Sequence record: SRR31156797_1402
Strand: one strand, 5' to 3'
DNA length: 64,000 nucleotides
In this document: piece by piece, positions 20,690 to 31,297 of the stretch
Layout: every line of letters starts with the position of its first letter
Numbering within the stretch: position 1 is the stretch's first letter
Notes under the pieces: generated by a model
What the model saw: only the letters and a program-made list of their open reading frames with translations
Told to the model about the DNA's origin: nothing
Databases searched by the model: none
Made by a program: the position numbers and the translations under genes

Positions 20690-22831
20690 CTAAGCTTTTT
20701 TCTTAATAGCGTCAAGAGTCTTAGTTGCTGACTCTACGATAGGTGTTCCAGGTCCGAAGATGCAGGCAGCACCAGCAGCGTAAAGCTCATCATAGTCCTG
20801 ACGTGGTATTACACCACCGCAGACAACTACGATATCTTCCGCATCGAGCTTCTTAAGCTCCGCAACAAGCTGAGGGATAAGAGTTTTATGCCCTGCCGCC
20901 AGTGATGATACACCAACAGCGTGAACGTCATTCTCAACAGCCATCTTAGCCGCTTCCTCAGGTGTCTGGAAGAGTGGACCAACGTCAACGTCGAAACCAG
21001 CATCAGCATAAGCGGATGAAACTACTTTCGCGCCTCTGTCGTGACCATCCTGCCCCATTTTTGCAACGAGTATTCTAGGTCTTCGACCCTCTGATTTTTC
21101 AAAATCAGATATATCTGACTGGAGTTTAGCAAAACCTTCATCACCTTCAAACACAGCTCCGTACGCTCCTGAAACAAGTTTAATCTCTGCCTTATGGCGA
21201 CCAAAAACCTCTTCCATAGCGTCAGAAATCTCTCCGACGGAAGCTCTCAGCCTTGCCGCTCTTACACAGAATTCAAGCAGATTATCACTATCATTCTTGC
21301 AAGCTTCTGTCAGTTCTGCAAGTGCTTTTGCACAAGCATCGCTGTCACGGTCTGCTTTCATCTTTTCAAGACGCTTGATCTGAGACTCACGAACAGCAGT
21401 ATTATCAATGTCGAGTACATCAATAGGGTCTTCCTCTGCGAGCTTATATTTATTAACACCCACAATAACATCCCTAGCTGAATCGATGTTAGCCTGCTTT
21501 CTAGCGGCTGATTCTTCGATCTTAAGCTTAGGTAAGCCTGATTCGATCGCCTTAGTCATACCACCCAGTTTTTGGATATCTTCTATCTCTTTTCTGGCAC
21601 GATCGATAAGCTCCTGAGTCAGAGACTCGATGTAGTATGAACCGCCGAGAGGGTCAACCACGTTCGTGATTCCTGTCTCTTCCTGAATAACAAGCTGTGT
21701 GTTACGTGCGATTCTGGCTGAATGATCTGTCGGAAGCGCAATAGCTTCGTCCAGTGCGTTTGTATGCAGAGATTGAGTTCCACCGAGAACAGCAGCCATA
21801 GCCTCGACAGTAGTTCTGATTACGTTATTATATGGATCCTGCTCAGTGAGCGACCAGCCTGATGTCTGGCAGTGTGTACGAAGAGCCTTCGACATAGGGT
21901 TCTTCGGCTTAAACTGGTCCATAAGCTCCGCCCAGAGAAAACGAGCTGCTCTGAGTTTTGCTATTTCCATAAAGAAGTTCATACCTATAGCGAAGAAGAA
22001 GGATAGGCGTGGTGCAAATGCATCAACATCCTGCCCCTTGGCAACTGCCGCTTTAACATACTCAAGTCCGTCAGCAAGTGTGAAGGCGAGCTCAAGAACG
22101 TTGTTCGCACCAGCCTCCTGAATATGATAACCGGAGATTGAAATAGAGTTGAACTTCGGCATATTCTGAGATGTATAACCGATAATATCTGAGATAATTC
22201 TCATTGATGGTGCTGGAGGATAGATGTAAGTGTTTCTAACCATAAATTCTTTCAGGATGTCGTTCTGGATAGTTCCAGCGAGCTTATCCTGAGAAACGCC
22301 CTGCTCTTCCGCTGCGACTATATACATAGCCAAGATAGGAAGCACCGCACCGTTCATTGTCATAGACACAGAAACATCGCCAAGCGGGATGTCTCCGAAA
22401 AGTATCTTCATATCCTCAACAGAATCGATAGCAACACCAGCCTTACCTACGTCACCGACAACCCTAGGGTGGTCAGAGTCATAGCCTCTGTGTGTCGCAA
22501 GGTCGAAAGCGACTGAAAGTCCCTGCTGACCTGCTGCGAGGTTTCTTTTATAAAAAGCATTTGATTCTTCCGCAGTAGAAAATCCTGCGTATTGTCTTAC
22601 TGTCCAAGGTCTTCCGGCATACATGCTCGCTCTGGGTCCGCGCATATAAGGTGCGAAGCCCGGCAGTGTGTTAATGTTTTCTAATTTTTCAAGGTCTTCA
22701 AGAGTGTAAAGCGGCTTAACGTCGATACCTTCTGCAGTTTTCCACTGAAGCTTGTCAATGTTCTCCTGCTTGATCTCCTTAGCTGCTTTCTGTTCCCACT
22801 CCTGAACAGTTTTCTTATCGTAATTCGCCAT
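20690..22831 (-). CDS. scpA: Methylmalonyl-CoA mutase (AdoCbl-dependent)
   Basis: [34 protein letters not shown]12-binding DxHxxG motif; start at MANYD. Confidence 0.97.
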   Translation of the reverse strand: MANYDKKTVQEWEQKAAKEIKQENIDKLQWKTAEGIDVKPLYTLEDLEKLENINTLPGFAPYMRGPRASMYAGRPWTVRQYAGFSTAEESNAFYKRNLAAGQQGLSVAFDLATHRGYDSDHPRVVGDVGKAGVAIDSVEDMKILFGDIPLGDVSVSMTMNGAVLPILAMYIVAAEEQGVSQDKLAGTIQNDILKEFMVRNTYIYPPAPSMRIISDIIGYTSQNMPKFNSISISGYHIQEAGANNVLELAFTLADGLEYVKAAVAKGQDVDAFAPRLSFFFAIGMNFFMEIAKLRAARFLWAELMDQFKPKNPMSKALRTHCQTSGWSLTEQDPYNNVIRTTVEAMAAVLGGTQSLHTNALDEAIALPTDHSARIARNTQLVIQEETGITNVVDPLGGSYYIESLTQELIDRARKEIEDIQKLGGMTKAIESGLPKLKIEESAARKQANIDSARDVIVGVNKYKLAEEDPIDVLDIDNTAVRESQIKRLEKMKADRDSDACAKALAELTEACKNDSDNLLEFCVRAARLRASVGEISDAMEEVFGRHKAEIKLVSGAYGAVFEGDEGFAKLQSDISDFEKSEGRRPRILVAKMGQDGHDRGAKVVSSAYADAGFDVDVGPLFQTPEEAAKMAVENDVHAVGVSSLAAGHKTLIPQLVAELKKLDAEDIVVVCGGVIPRQDYDELYAAGAACIFGPGTPIVESATKTLDAIKKKA

Positions 22832-23052
22832 AACTTCTCCCTCCAGGTCAAGTGACCTGTAACATGACACAAACTGGGTAATAATCTAATAACCTCGTTT
22901 TGCGGCTTCTTTCAGTCGCCAGGTTTCATGATGAAACCTAAAGAGCTTATGCTTAGATGCAAACTTAACCAGATTGTCCATCTACTCACTATATTAGAAA
23001 CACCACTCCCACCATCATAGCCCCCTCACTACTTGAAGCTCCGGCAGGAATG

Positions 23053-23083
23053 AAAAAAAGAGGGGAACGTTTAAGCTCCCCTC
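23053..23083 (-). terminator. Intrinsic terminator after the carboxylase genes
   Basis: Minus strand GAGGGGAGC...GTTCCCCTC followed by T7. Confidence 0.65.
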
Positions 23084-23100
23084 AGGTTATATCAAATCAC

Positions 23101-23167
23101 GTCACCCTGAAAGGTCAAACCTTGAAGGATCTGGCATTAACAGATTCTTCGCAAAGCTCAGGATGAC
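23101..23167. repeat. GTCA...TGAC palindromic repeat, copy 3
   Basis: GTCACCCTGA...GAAGGATCTG...CAGATTCTTC...TCAGGATGAC. Confidence 0.65.
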
Positions 23168-23176
23168 TAAAGTGGT

Positions 23177-23698
23177 TTACTCAACCACTGCAAGTTTATC
23201 GCCTGTGACGATAGTCTGGTCAAGCTCTACAAAGAGGTCTTCGACAACACCATCCTTAGGTGCTTTGATCTCGTTCTCCATTTTCATAGCAACGAGGATC
23301 ATAAGCGGCTCACCAGCTACAACTTCCTGTCCTTTCTCAACAAGTATCTTCCAGATATATCCAGGCATTTGCGCCTCGATAACCTGACGACCTTCGAGTC
23401 CGGCAGAAGTACGAAGCTTCATAAGACGCTTCATTTCGTCAAGGACTTCAACAGCGAACATATCGCCGTTATCCATAAGTACATCAAAGATATCGCCCTT
23501 CTCACCTATTTCCATAGAGAGGGACTGACCGTTTACTATGAGTGAGTAAACATTGTCGCCAGCCATAGCGAAATCCACAGTGTATTCTCTTCCGTCTATA
23601 TCGATTTTGAAGCAGCTGTCATTCTCCTGTGTGAGATCGACCATATACTCCTGCTCGCCGCCATCGACAGTTGCAAAGTAATTTCTTTTAGTTATCAT
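23177..23698 (-). CDS. Biotin carboxyl carrier subunit of acyl-CoA carboxylase
   Basis: AQMPG...AMKMENEI biotinylation motif. Confidence 0.92.
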   Translation of the reverse strand: MITKRNYFATVDGGEQEYMVDLTQENDSCFKIDIDGREYTVDFAMAGDNVYSLIVNGQSLSMEIGEKGDIFDVLMDNGDMFAVEVLDEMKRLMKLRTSAGLEGRQVIEAQMPGYIWKILVEKGQEVVAGEPLMILVAMKMENEIKAPKDGVVEDLFVELDQTIVTGDKLAVVE

Positions 23699-23709
23699 TA
23701 TCTCACTCC

Positions 23710-25230
23710 TTAACCCAGCTTGCTTCCGAAGCTTGTAAGTCTTCCGAATCTCTTCCAGTTAGACTCGCCAACATCACGTCTTGTAACAGACCTTGATGCT
23801 GCAAGCTTCTCTGAAAGGAGCTGTTTTATAGCTGCTGCGAGGATAGGCATATCCACGTCCTCGTTAAGCTTTCTCTGCATATCTTCCATATCGAACTTAG
23901 TGTCTATGAAAGCTGTATCATAGTTTCCGTTAACAAATGTCTCGTTCTCAAGAACTCTAAGGTGGAAAGGTATAGAAGTCTTGATTCCAAGAATTTTGTA
24001 CTCAGAAAGGATACGCTTCATGTTGCTGATAGCGCCCGCTCTAGTACGGGAAACACAACAAACTTTAGCGATCATCGGGTCGTAGTACAGAGGTACTTCA
24101 AATCCTGCATATGCACCAGAGTCAACACGAACATTTGGACCTTCAGGGGATTCATAAACTGTGATAAGTCCCGGTGAAGGAGCGAAATTGTTTGATGGGT
24201 CCTCAGCGTAAACACGGCACTCAAGTGCATGTCCTTCACGCTTAAGGTCTTCCTGCTTATAGGAAAGCTCTTTACCCTCTGCTACGAAGATCATCTGGCG
24301 AACAATATCGATACCAGTGATAAGCTCTGTAACAGGGTGCTCAACCTGAAGACGTGTGTTCATCTCTAGGAAGTAAAAGTTTTGGTCTGCGCCAACGATA
24401 AACTCGAGTGTACCGGCAGATTCGTAACCGATAGCCTTAACCGCTTTAACAGCAACCTCGTACATCTTAGCTCTTGTTTCGTCATTGATAAAAGGTGATG
24501 GAGCTTCCTCGATAACCTTCTGGTGACGACGCTGGATAGAGCACTCACGCTCATAGAGGTGGAGTGCGTTTCCTTTAGAATCACCAAGAACCTGAACCTC
24601 TACGTGGTGCGGCTCGATGATGAATTTCTCAATGTACATATCTCCGTTGCCAAAAGCGTTCTGCGCCTCAGAGCTAGCCATTCTGTATGATGACTCAAAC
24701 TCTGATTCGTCCTGAACAAGTCTCATACCTTTACCGCCACCACCGTGGACAGCTTTAAGCATGATCGGGTATCCTACTTCGAGAGCAGTTTTCTTAGCAT
24801 CTTCGATATCTGTGATCGCATCTTTTGTACCAGGAACTACAGGTACGCCAGCCGCCATCATAGCTTTTCTAGCACCAGTCTTAGAACCCATCAGAATGAT
24901 GTGCTCAGCTTTAGGACCGATGAATGTAATGCCCATCTCTTCACATTTGTCTACGAATCCAGCATTTTCAGCGTAGAAACCGTAGCCAGGGTGAATCGCT
25001 GCGCCAAGCTCTTTTGCAAGAGCGAGAATTTTGTCTTCTTTAAGATAGCTAGTGTCCGAAGGACCGTCTGTTACACAGTAAGCTTCGTCAGCATATCTTA
25101 CGTGGGGTGCGAGCCTGTCTGCATGAGTATAGATAGCAACTGTACCAATACCCATCTTGCGGCAGGTTCTGAAAACCCTTATTGCAATTTCGCCTCTGTT
25201 GGCGACAAGAACTTTTTTAATATCAGCCAT
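23710..25230 (-). CDS. Biotin carboxylase subunit (propionyl/acetyl-CoA carboxylase)
   Basis: VANRGEIA, HPGYGF, GGGGKGMR, RECSIQRRHQK, EMNTRLQVEH, YYDPMIAK. Confidence 0.95.
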   Translation of the reverse strand: MADIKKVLVANRGEIAIRVFRTCRKMGIGTVAIYTHADRLAPHVRYADEAYCVTDGPSDTSYLKEDKILALAKELGAAIHPGYGFYAENAGFVDKCEEMGITFIGPKAEHIILMGSKTGARKAMMAAGVPVVPGTKDAITDIEDAKKTALEVGYPIMLKAVHGGGGKGMRLVQDESEFESSYRMASSEAQNAFGNGDMYIEKFIIEPHHVEVQVLGDSKGNALHLYERECSIQRRHQKVIEEAPSPFINDETRAKMYEVAVKAVKAIGYESAGTLEFIVGADQNFYFLEMNTRLQVEHPVTELITGIDIVRQMIFVAEGKELSYKQEDLKREGHALECRVYAEDPSNNFAPSPGLITVYESPEGPNVRVDSGAYAGFEVPLYYDPMIAKVCCVSRTRAGAISNMKRILSEYKILGIKTSIPFHLRVLENETFVNGNYDTAFIDTKFDMEDMQRKLNEDVDMPILAAAIKQLLSEKLAASRSVTRRDVGESNWKRFGRLTSFGSKLG

Positions 25231-25242
25231 TATATCCCTCCA

Positions 25243-26787
25243 TTAAAGCGGCAGGTTATCGTGCTTTTTAGCCGGGTTTGTCTGCCTTTTGTTAGAAAGG
25301 AGTTCAAATGCCTGAATAACCTTTGGTCTTGTATCCTCAGGAAGGATAACCTCATCAACGAATCCGAGCTCTGCTGCCCTGTATGGGTTAGCAAATGTCT
25401 CACGATACTCGTCAACCTTCTCTTTCTTAGCAGCGTCAGGGTCATCAGCGCCAGCGATCTGCTTGCCGAAGAGAATCTGAGCAGCTCCGTCAGGACCCAT
25501 AACCGCGATTTCAGCGATTGGGTAAGCGAAGTTGATGTCACCACGAACGTGCTTTGAGCTAAGTACGTCGTATGCACCACCGTAAGCTTTACGTGTGATA
25601 ACAGTAACCTTAGGCACTGTGGACTCGCAGTAAGCGTAAAGGAGTTTAGCACCGTGACGGATGATACCGCCAAGCTCCTGCTGAACACCAGGCATGAAGC
25701 CAGGTACGTCAACGAGAGTGAGAAGCGGGATGTTGAAGGCGTCGCAGAATCTTACGAATCTTGCACCTTTAACAGATGAATCTATGTCGAGCGCACCTGC
25801 CATTATAGCTGGCTGGTTAGCAACGATACCTACTGAACGTCCGTTAAGACGACCGTAACCAACGATCATGTTCTTAGCAAAATGCTCCTGAACTTCGAAG
25901 AAGTTTCCATCGTCAACGATCTTTTCGATAACTTCTTTCATGTCGTATGGTTTGTTAGGGTCAGCCGGAACGATTGTTCTGAGTGCGTCTTCTGTTCTGT
26001 TTGGGTCGTCCTTAGTAGGAACGATAGGAGCCTCTTCCATATTGTTAGATGGGATGAAGCTGAGAAGCTCTCTGATACGGAGGATAGCGTCCTCGTCGTT
26101 TTCAGCCGCGAAGTGAGCAACACCGGATGTAGTGTTGTGAGTCATAGCTCCGCCGAGCTCTTCTTTTGTAACATCTTCTGATGTAACAGTTTTAACAACC
26201 TCAGGTCCAGTAATGAACATGTAGGATGTATCTTTTACCATGAATGTAAAGTCTGTGAGCGCAGGTGAATAAACCGCACCACCAGCACAAGGTCCCATGA
26301 TAGCAGAGATTTGAGGTACAACACCGGATGAGAGTGAGTTACGAAGGAAAATGTCAGCGTAGCCAGCGAGTGAAAGAACACCCTCCTGAATACGAGCACC
26401 ACCTGAGTCGTTAAGACCGATTACAGGGCAGCCGAGTTCCATAGCTTTGTCCATGATCTTGCAGATTTTCTTTGCAAACTGTTCCGCAAGTGAACCACCG
26501 AAAACTGTGAAGTCCTGTGAGAAAACGAAGATTGTTCTTCCGTTTACTTTACCGTAACCTGTTACAACTCCGTCGCCGAGGAATTTAGTGTTTTCCATGC
26601 CGAAGTTGTAGCATCTGTGAGCTGAGTATTTGTCGAACTCTACAAATGTACCTTTGTCGAGAAGCTTGTCGATTCTCTCGCGGGCTGTGAGCTTGCCCTG
26701 CTTATGCTGCTTCTCAATACGAGCAACACCACCGCCAAGCTCGGCAGCAGCATTCATCTCTTGAAGCTGTTTGATTTTTTCTTCCAT
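25243..26787 (-). CDS. pccB: Acyl-CoA carboxylase carboxyltransferase (PccB-like)
   Basis: [59 protein letters not shown]. Confidence 0.92.
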   Translation of the reverse strand: MEEKIKQLQEMNAAAELGGGVARIEKQHKQGKLTARERIDKLLDKGTFVEFDKYSAHRCYNFGMENTKFLGDGVVTGYGKVNGRTIFVFSQDFTVFGGSLAEQFAKKICKIMDKAMELGCPVIGLNDSGGARIQEGVLSLAGYADIFLRNSLSSGVVPQISAIMGPCAGGAVYSPALTDFTFMVKDTSYMFITGPEVVKTVTSEDVTKEELGGAMTHNTTSGVAHFAAENDEDAILRIRELLSFIPSNNMEEAPIVPTKDDPNRTEDALRTIVPADPNKPYDMKEVIEKIVDDGNFFEVQEHFAKNMIVGYGRLNGRSVGIVANQPAIMAGALDIDSSVKGARFVRFCDAFNIPLLTLVDVPGFMPGVQQELGGIIRHGAKLLYAYCESTVPKVTVITRKAYGGAYDVLSSKHVRGDINFAYPIAEIAVMGPDGAAQILFGKQIAGADDPDAAKKEKVDEYRETFANPYRAAELGFVDEVILPEDTRPKVIQAFELLSNKRQTNPAKKHDNLPL

Positions 26788-26986
26788 TATATATAGCCCC
26801 CTCTTAGTGGTTATAATGGATAATAATAAAACATAATTTACATTTATTGTCAATACACAAAAAGATACAGTCACTTAACCAGTTAAACAAGACAACATCT
26901 TTATTACCAGTAACTTAAAAATAGAACTGCATATCAGAAAGTTTGAGATATGTTAAAAAAAAAGTGAAAAAAAACAAACGTGTTTG

Positions 26987-27622
26987 TTATACTAAGGTTG
27001 AACTATAAAACATTTCTAAATTTCTAACAGCCTTATTGAAGTTCCATTCTTGCTCTGAACGCCTACCGCAAAAATTTGAAACGGCTCTAACCTGAAAAGC
27101 TTTTACCTTAAATAGTTTACAAATATAACCGAAGGAAGCACCTTCCATATTTTCTACACATGCACTGGTTGATTCTTCTAAAACCTTAGAAATACGACCT
27201 TCTCCATCCAAAAAAGAAACTGTATTAGAATCCACCATAGACAAGCCTTCAGAAGGTTCAAAGCAAATATAACGGTTTTCTGTAAAGCCAAAACCCATCT
27301 CAAACACTGACTCAAAGCTGTCTTCAGTATAAACTCCTTCGTCAGCGAAAAAATCTCGGCTGATTGTAACCAGATCGCCAACGGAGAGCCCGCTAGACCT
27401 GTATGCACCGCAAACACCTGTCAATATAGCTTCTGATATATCGAACTCACTAAAAACTGCTGTAGCAGTCATTGTCACCGGCGTTTTAGTTACCCCTGTG
27501 ATGAAAACCTTGAACCCTTTGAACTCGGACATCATTATCCCAAGCTTCCACTCTTCGAACTTTAAACCGGGAAAAATTTTAGTCGCTTCGCCCATCGAAG
27601 GCACAAAGATAGCTTTCATCAA
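26987..27622 (-). CDS. mqnB: Futalosine hydrolase (PNP/UDP family)
   Basis: ITGV, GVCGAY, ADEG, ENMEGA, RAVSNFCG.R...W pattern. Confidence 0.75.
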   Translation of the reverse strand: MMKAIFVPSMGEATKIFPGLKFEEWKLGIMMSEFKGFKVFITGVTKTPVTMTATAVFSEFDISEAILTGVCGAYRSSGLSVGDLVTISRDFFADEGVYTEDSFESVFEMGFGFTENRYICFEPSEGLSMVDSNTVSFLDGEGRISKVLEESTSACVENMEGASFGYICKLFKVKAFQVRAVSNFCGRRSEQEWNFNKAVRNLEMFYSSTLV

Positions 27623-28494
27623 AACTCCTCATAGAAATCAGGATACTCATTAAGTATCCCTTTATCTTTCATAATATCACGAGTTTGATCAATTTGAGCC
27701 AATAGCTTTTCCCTATCCTGCGAAAGCCGTCCTGAGAGCGGAATAAAGTTTGAAACATGATTGGATCGGAATATTATATTACGACCTTCCACCCTGCTGA
27801 TGATCCCTTCCTGTTCGTCGAGGATATCTGCCATAGTAGGCTTCTCAAGATTGTTAAAGTAGTCTTTTTTACGCCTGAGAAAAAGCGTGAGGAAGGACAT
27901 AAAATCTGGATTAACCTCGCTCACCCATTTTGCAGAATCTTCTATATGCGCCTGTTTGAGCTTCTTGCCGCCGCCTCCGAGGATAATCATCACCGAAAAC
28001 TGCATCCCGATATCTTTTATCTCTTTCACCTTAGGCATAACTTTAAAAGCGTCCATCCCCTTGTTCATAAGCTTCAGAACTTCCTTGTTTCCTGACTCAA
28101 GCCCGAAATACATAAGCTTCAGCCCGGCATCATAAAGTGACTGCCATTCGTCCATAGGCTTTTTCATTATCGCCTGCGGACCGCAATAGGAGCTATATCT
28201 GCGTATGTTCGGAAATTTCTTATTCATATGTTCAAGGATCTGGAGAAGACCTTCGGTGGGATAGATAGCGGCATCGCCGTCCGCCAGAAATACCTTATGG
28301 ATTGTCTTTGCATATTGCTCAGGTATCTCATCAACCTCACGCATAACTTCCTCAACAGGCTTAAGCTTAAAAGGCTTGGAAAGGTACATACCGCAAAATG
28401 CACACTTATTATATGAGCACCCCTCAGTGATCTGAAAGATTAGCGAGTGCGCCTCGCTCGGTGGTCTGTATAGTGGTTCTGTATAGTTTGGCAT
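27619..28494 (-). CDS. Radical SAM protein
   Basis: YRPPSEA, GCSYNKCAFCGMY, FLADGDA, GLESG, FRSNHVSN. Confidence 0.9.
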   Translation of the reverse strand: MPNYTEPLYRPPSEAHSLIFQITEGCSYNKCAFCGMYLSKPFKLKPVEEVMREVDEIPEQYAKTIHKVFLADGDAAIYPTEGLLQILEHMNKKFPNIRRYSSYCGPQAIMKKPMDEWQSLYDAGLKLMYFGLESGNKEVLKLMNKGMDAFKVMPKVKEIKDIGMQFSVMIILGGGGKKLKQAHIEDSAKWVSEVNPDFMSFLTLFLRRKKDYFNNLEKPTMADILDEQEGIISRVEGRNIIFRSNHVSNFIPLSGRLSQDREKLLAQIDQTRDIMKDKGILNEYPDFYEEF

Positions 28495-28597
28495 TTTTTT
28501 ATCGTTAATTACCTTATGTTAAATTATATTCTGTACAAAATAATTCACCTGACAGCAACTTATCATGCACAAAATGTCAGTGGTTTAAAGTATTATT

Positions 28598-29449
28598 TCA
28601 AAACACTCGGTTAATTATCTCTTCTGTAGCACCGTGTTTGTTCAGTGTGTAAAAGTGCAGCCCTTCAGCACCGGAAGACCAAAGCCCGCCGCACTGCTTA
28701 ACCGCAAAATCCATCCCTATCTTAAACTGATCCTCTGCTGATGCGTTCTCCATCTTCATAAGGAGAGGCTGAGGTATGGTCGCACCGCACATGTCAGTAA
28801 AACGTACCGCCTGAGATATATTAATGATAGGCATAATACCTGCGATAACAGGTATCTTAATACCTGCTTTCCTTATCCGTTCCATATAGTTATAGAAGTG
28901 GAAATTATCGAAAAAGAGCTGAGTGATAACAAAATCTGCACCCTCATCAACCTTACGCCTAAGGCTTTCGATATCTTCGCTCATGCTTTTCGCTTCCGGA
29001 TGCTTTTCAGGGTAGCCTGCAACGCCTATCGAGAACCTGTCACCGGACTTCTTTCTGATATATTTAACCAGGTCACTAGCATACATGAAATCTTTATCGA
29101 TCTTCACTTCAGTCTCTTTCGGAAAATCACCCCTAAGGGCTAAAATATTGTCGACATTAAGCTTATCTACACTATCAAGAGCGTTATTTATATTCTCACC
29201 TGTGGCGCCGATACAGGTAAGGTGCATCATGACAGAATAGTCATAGTCATTTTTCATAACTTTCGTCCACTCCAGTGTCTTGTCACTAGTAGAGCCGCCA
29301 GCACCATATGTCACTGAGACGAAGTCAGGATTATATTTACGAAGTTCTTTTACTGTCTCAAAGAGAACTTTTTCACTCTCTTCTTTTTTAGGCGGGAAAA
29401 ACTCGAATGAAATAGGTCTTTTATGTTTAAGTATTTCTGATATTTTCAT
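28598..29449 (-). CDS. metF: 5,10-methylenetetrahydrofolate reductase
   Basis: SFEFFPPK, VTYGAGG, HLTC, LALRGD, AGYPEKH, ITQLFFD, HFYTLN. Confidence 0.96.
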   Translation of the reverse strand: MKISEILKHKRPISFEFFPPKKEESEKVLFETVKELRKYNPDFVSVTYGAGGSTSDKTLEWTKVMKNDYDYSVMMHLTCIGATGENINNALDSVDKLNVDNILALRGDFPKETEVKIDKDFMYASDLVKYIRKKSGDRFSIGVAGYPEKHPEAKSMSEDIESLRRKVDEGADFVITQLFFDNFHFYNYMERIRKAGIKIPVIAGIMPIINISQAVRFTDMCGATIPQPLLMKMENASAEDQFKIGMDFAVKQCGGLWSSGAEGLHFYTLNKHGATEEIINRVF

Positions 29450-29528
29450 TAAATAACTCCTAATATATTCTTCAATACTAATACACACAGTTTATTGACT
29501 GCAAGCAGTTTTTATGTGATTATTTCTT

Positions 29529-30104
29529 ATGATTACAAAGCTATACAGATATATTCTGATCACATTTATTGCTTACATGCTAATACTGAACACATTGACG
29601 TTCCTCACATCACTAAGCCCTAAGGCTTTTATCAACCCTTTCCACGCAAGAAGCAGAACCGTGAGCTTATACCATCTGACAAAACATATAATACTCATTG
29701 CTGGTGTCGGGTTTATAACATCAAGTGATGAGGAAGTTGATAAGCTTGTGGTCGATGCTTCGGCAAAATACGAAGTTGACCCTAAGCTGATACATATAAT
29801 GATTGACGTTGAATCGAAAGGGCGTCAGTTCGCCATAAGCAGAACAGGTGCTATGGGGCTCATGCAGGTTATGCCTACCACATTTTTCGATATATCAGAA
29901 GGTGACCCTTTCCTCGCTGCTGACAATATTGATGCCGGTGTTAAATACTTCTCAAAACAGTTTAAAAAATTTGGTCAGGTCGATCTCGCCCTAGCCGCAT
30001 ATAACGCAGGACCGACACGCATCAAAGACGGAAAAGTTCCTGACTTTGGCGAGACTAGACATTATATCAAAAGAATACTAACTGAATATAAGAGCGTTAA
30101 TTAA
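29529..30104 (+). CDS. Lytic transglycosylase (SLT domain)
   Basis: VES, GAMGLMQVMP, LALAAYNAGP, ETRHY. Confidence 0.92.
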   Translation: MITKLYRYILITFIAYMLILNTLTFLTSLSPKAFINPFHARSRTVSLYHLTKHIILIAGVGFITSSDEEVDKLVVDASAKYEVDPKLIHIMIDVESKGRQFAISRTGAMGLMQVMPTTFFDISEGDPFLAADNIDAGVKYFSKQFKKFGQVDLALAAYNAGPTRIKDGKVPDFGETRHYIKRILTEYKSVN

Positions 30105-31195
30105 TATTTCGTAAGGATTCCCATAGCGAAATCTTTCTCAACAGTAAATGGCATAAGGTCTGCATTCTTTTTCGTAAGCGCATAGCCAACCATAGTCTCT
30201 ATCTCTTCCATAGTTAAAATATCCTTAAGTGAAACATCATACCCAAGCTCTATCTGCCACCTCGAGATATCAAATTCGTGCTTCTGCATAATGGACGCCA
30301 CAACATGATACCTCTCAACATCTTTCAGCCTGAGCATCTCAAGATAATAAGGGAGAATGATAGCATTAGCTGTTCCGTGATGGATTCCCTTCTCATTTGT
30401 GAGCCAGTAGCCGAGAGCGTGCATAAATGTTGTCGCAGTATGGAGGATAGTTATACCGCCTAGAGTAGAGCCGTAGAGGAAATTAAGAAGTGTCTCATCC
30501 TCTTTAACGTCTGCACCGCCTGCGAAAGTAGACATCAGAATCTCCATAGATGTAATAGCCATCGAGTCGCTGAAAGGGTTAGCCTTTGTCGAGATAAACC
30601 CCTCTATTGAATGCGTAAGTGCATCTATCGCTGTTGCGTATATAATCTTCTTGTCAAGTGAGCGTAAGAAAACAGGGTCAACTATCGCAAATTTAGGAAA
30701 TGTGTTATCTTTTGCAAAATTAACCTTATCAACCTTCTCAGTATCGGTGATAATGGAGTAGTTATTAACCTCACTCCCTGTACCGCATGTGGTCGGAATT
30801 GCGATGAGCGGAACCGGAGGATTATCCAGTTCTTTCTGAGCAAGCAGCTCGTAAAAGCCTTTGTTATTAGTTGCAAAAGCCGCAATAGCTTTCGAAGCAT
30901 CTAGTGGGCTACCACCGCCGAAACCGATCACAACATCAGCTTTCTTCTCACGAACAAACTTACCGCCTTTGATGATTGTATTGATCGATGGATTTTCCTC
31001 TATCTCATTGAAATAAAAGATATTCTTAGTAGGAAAATGTTCATTAAGATACTTTTTAAAGTTTGTCTTATCTATTGATGTTCTGCCGGAAACAACGCAG
31101 ATGCGCTTGTACGGCTTAAGAAGTTCATTAAGATTCTCTATCGCATTAAGTCCGAAAAATACTTTTACCGGACTGTGAAAACTGAATTCTGACAT
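30101..31195 (-). CDS. Iron-containing alcohol dehydrogenase
   Basis: GGGSPLDASK, IPTTCGTGSE, DALTHSIE, HALG..HG. Confidence 0.92.
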   Translation of the reverse strand: MSEFSFHSPVKVFFGLNAIENLNELLKPYKRICVVSGRTSIDKTNFKKYLNEHFPTKNIFYFNEIEENPSINTIIKGGKFVREKKADVVIGFGGGSPLDASKAIAAFATNNKGFYELLAQKELDNPPVPLIAIPTTCGTGSEVNNYSIITDTEKVDKVNFAKDNTFPKFAIVDPVFLRSLDKKIIYATAIDALTHSIEGFISTKANPFSDSMAITSMEILMSTFAGGADVKEDETLLNFLYGSTLGGITILHTATTFMHALGYWLTNEKGIHHGTANAIILPYYLEMLRLKDVERYHVVASIMQKHEFDISRWQIELGYDVSLKDILTMEEIETMVGYALTKKNADLMPFTVEKDFAMGILTKY

Positions 31196-31259
31196 GGAAT
31201 TACCCCTTTAAAAAGAAATGGAGGGCAGTTACACCCTCCACAGTAGTTTTATTTATCTA

Positions 31260-31297
31260 AGATTGCTTCGTCGGCATAATTGCCTTCTCGCAATGAC
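31260..31297. repeat. Half copy of the GTCA...TGAC palindromic repeat
   Basis: AGATTGCTTCGTCGGC...TTCTCGCAATGAC abutting the ilvE stop. Confidence 0.55.
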
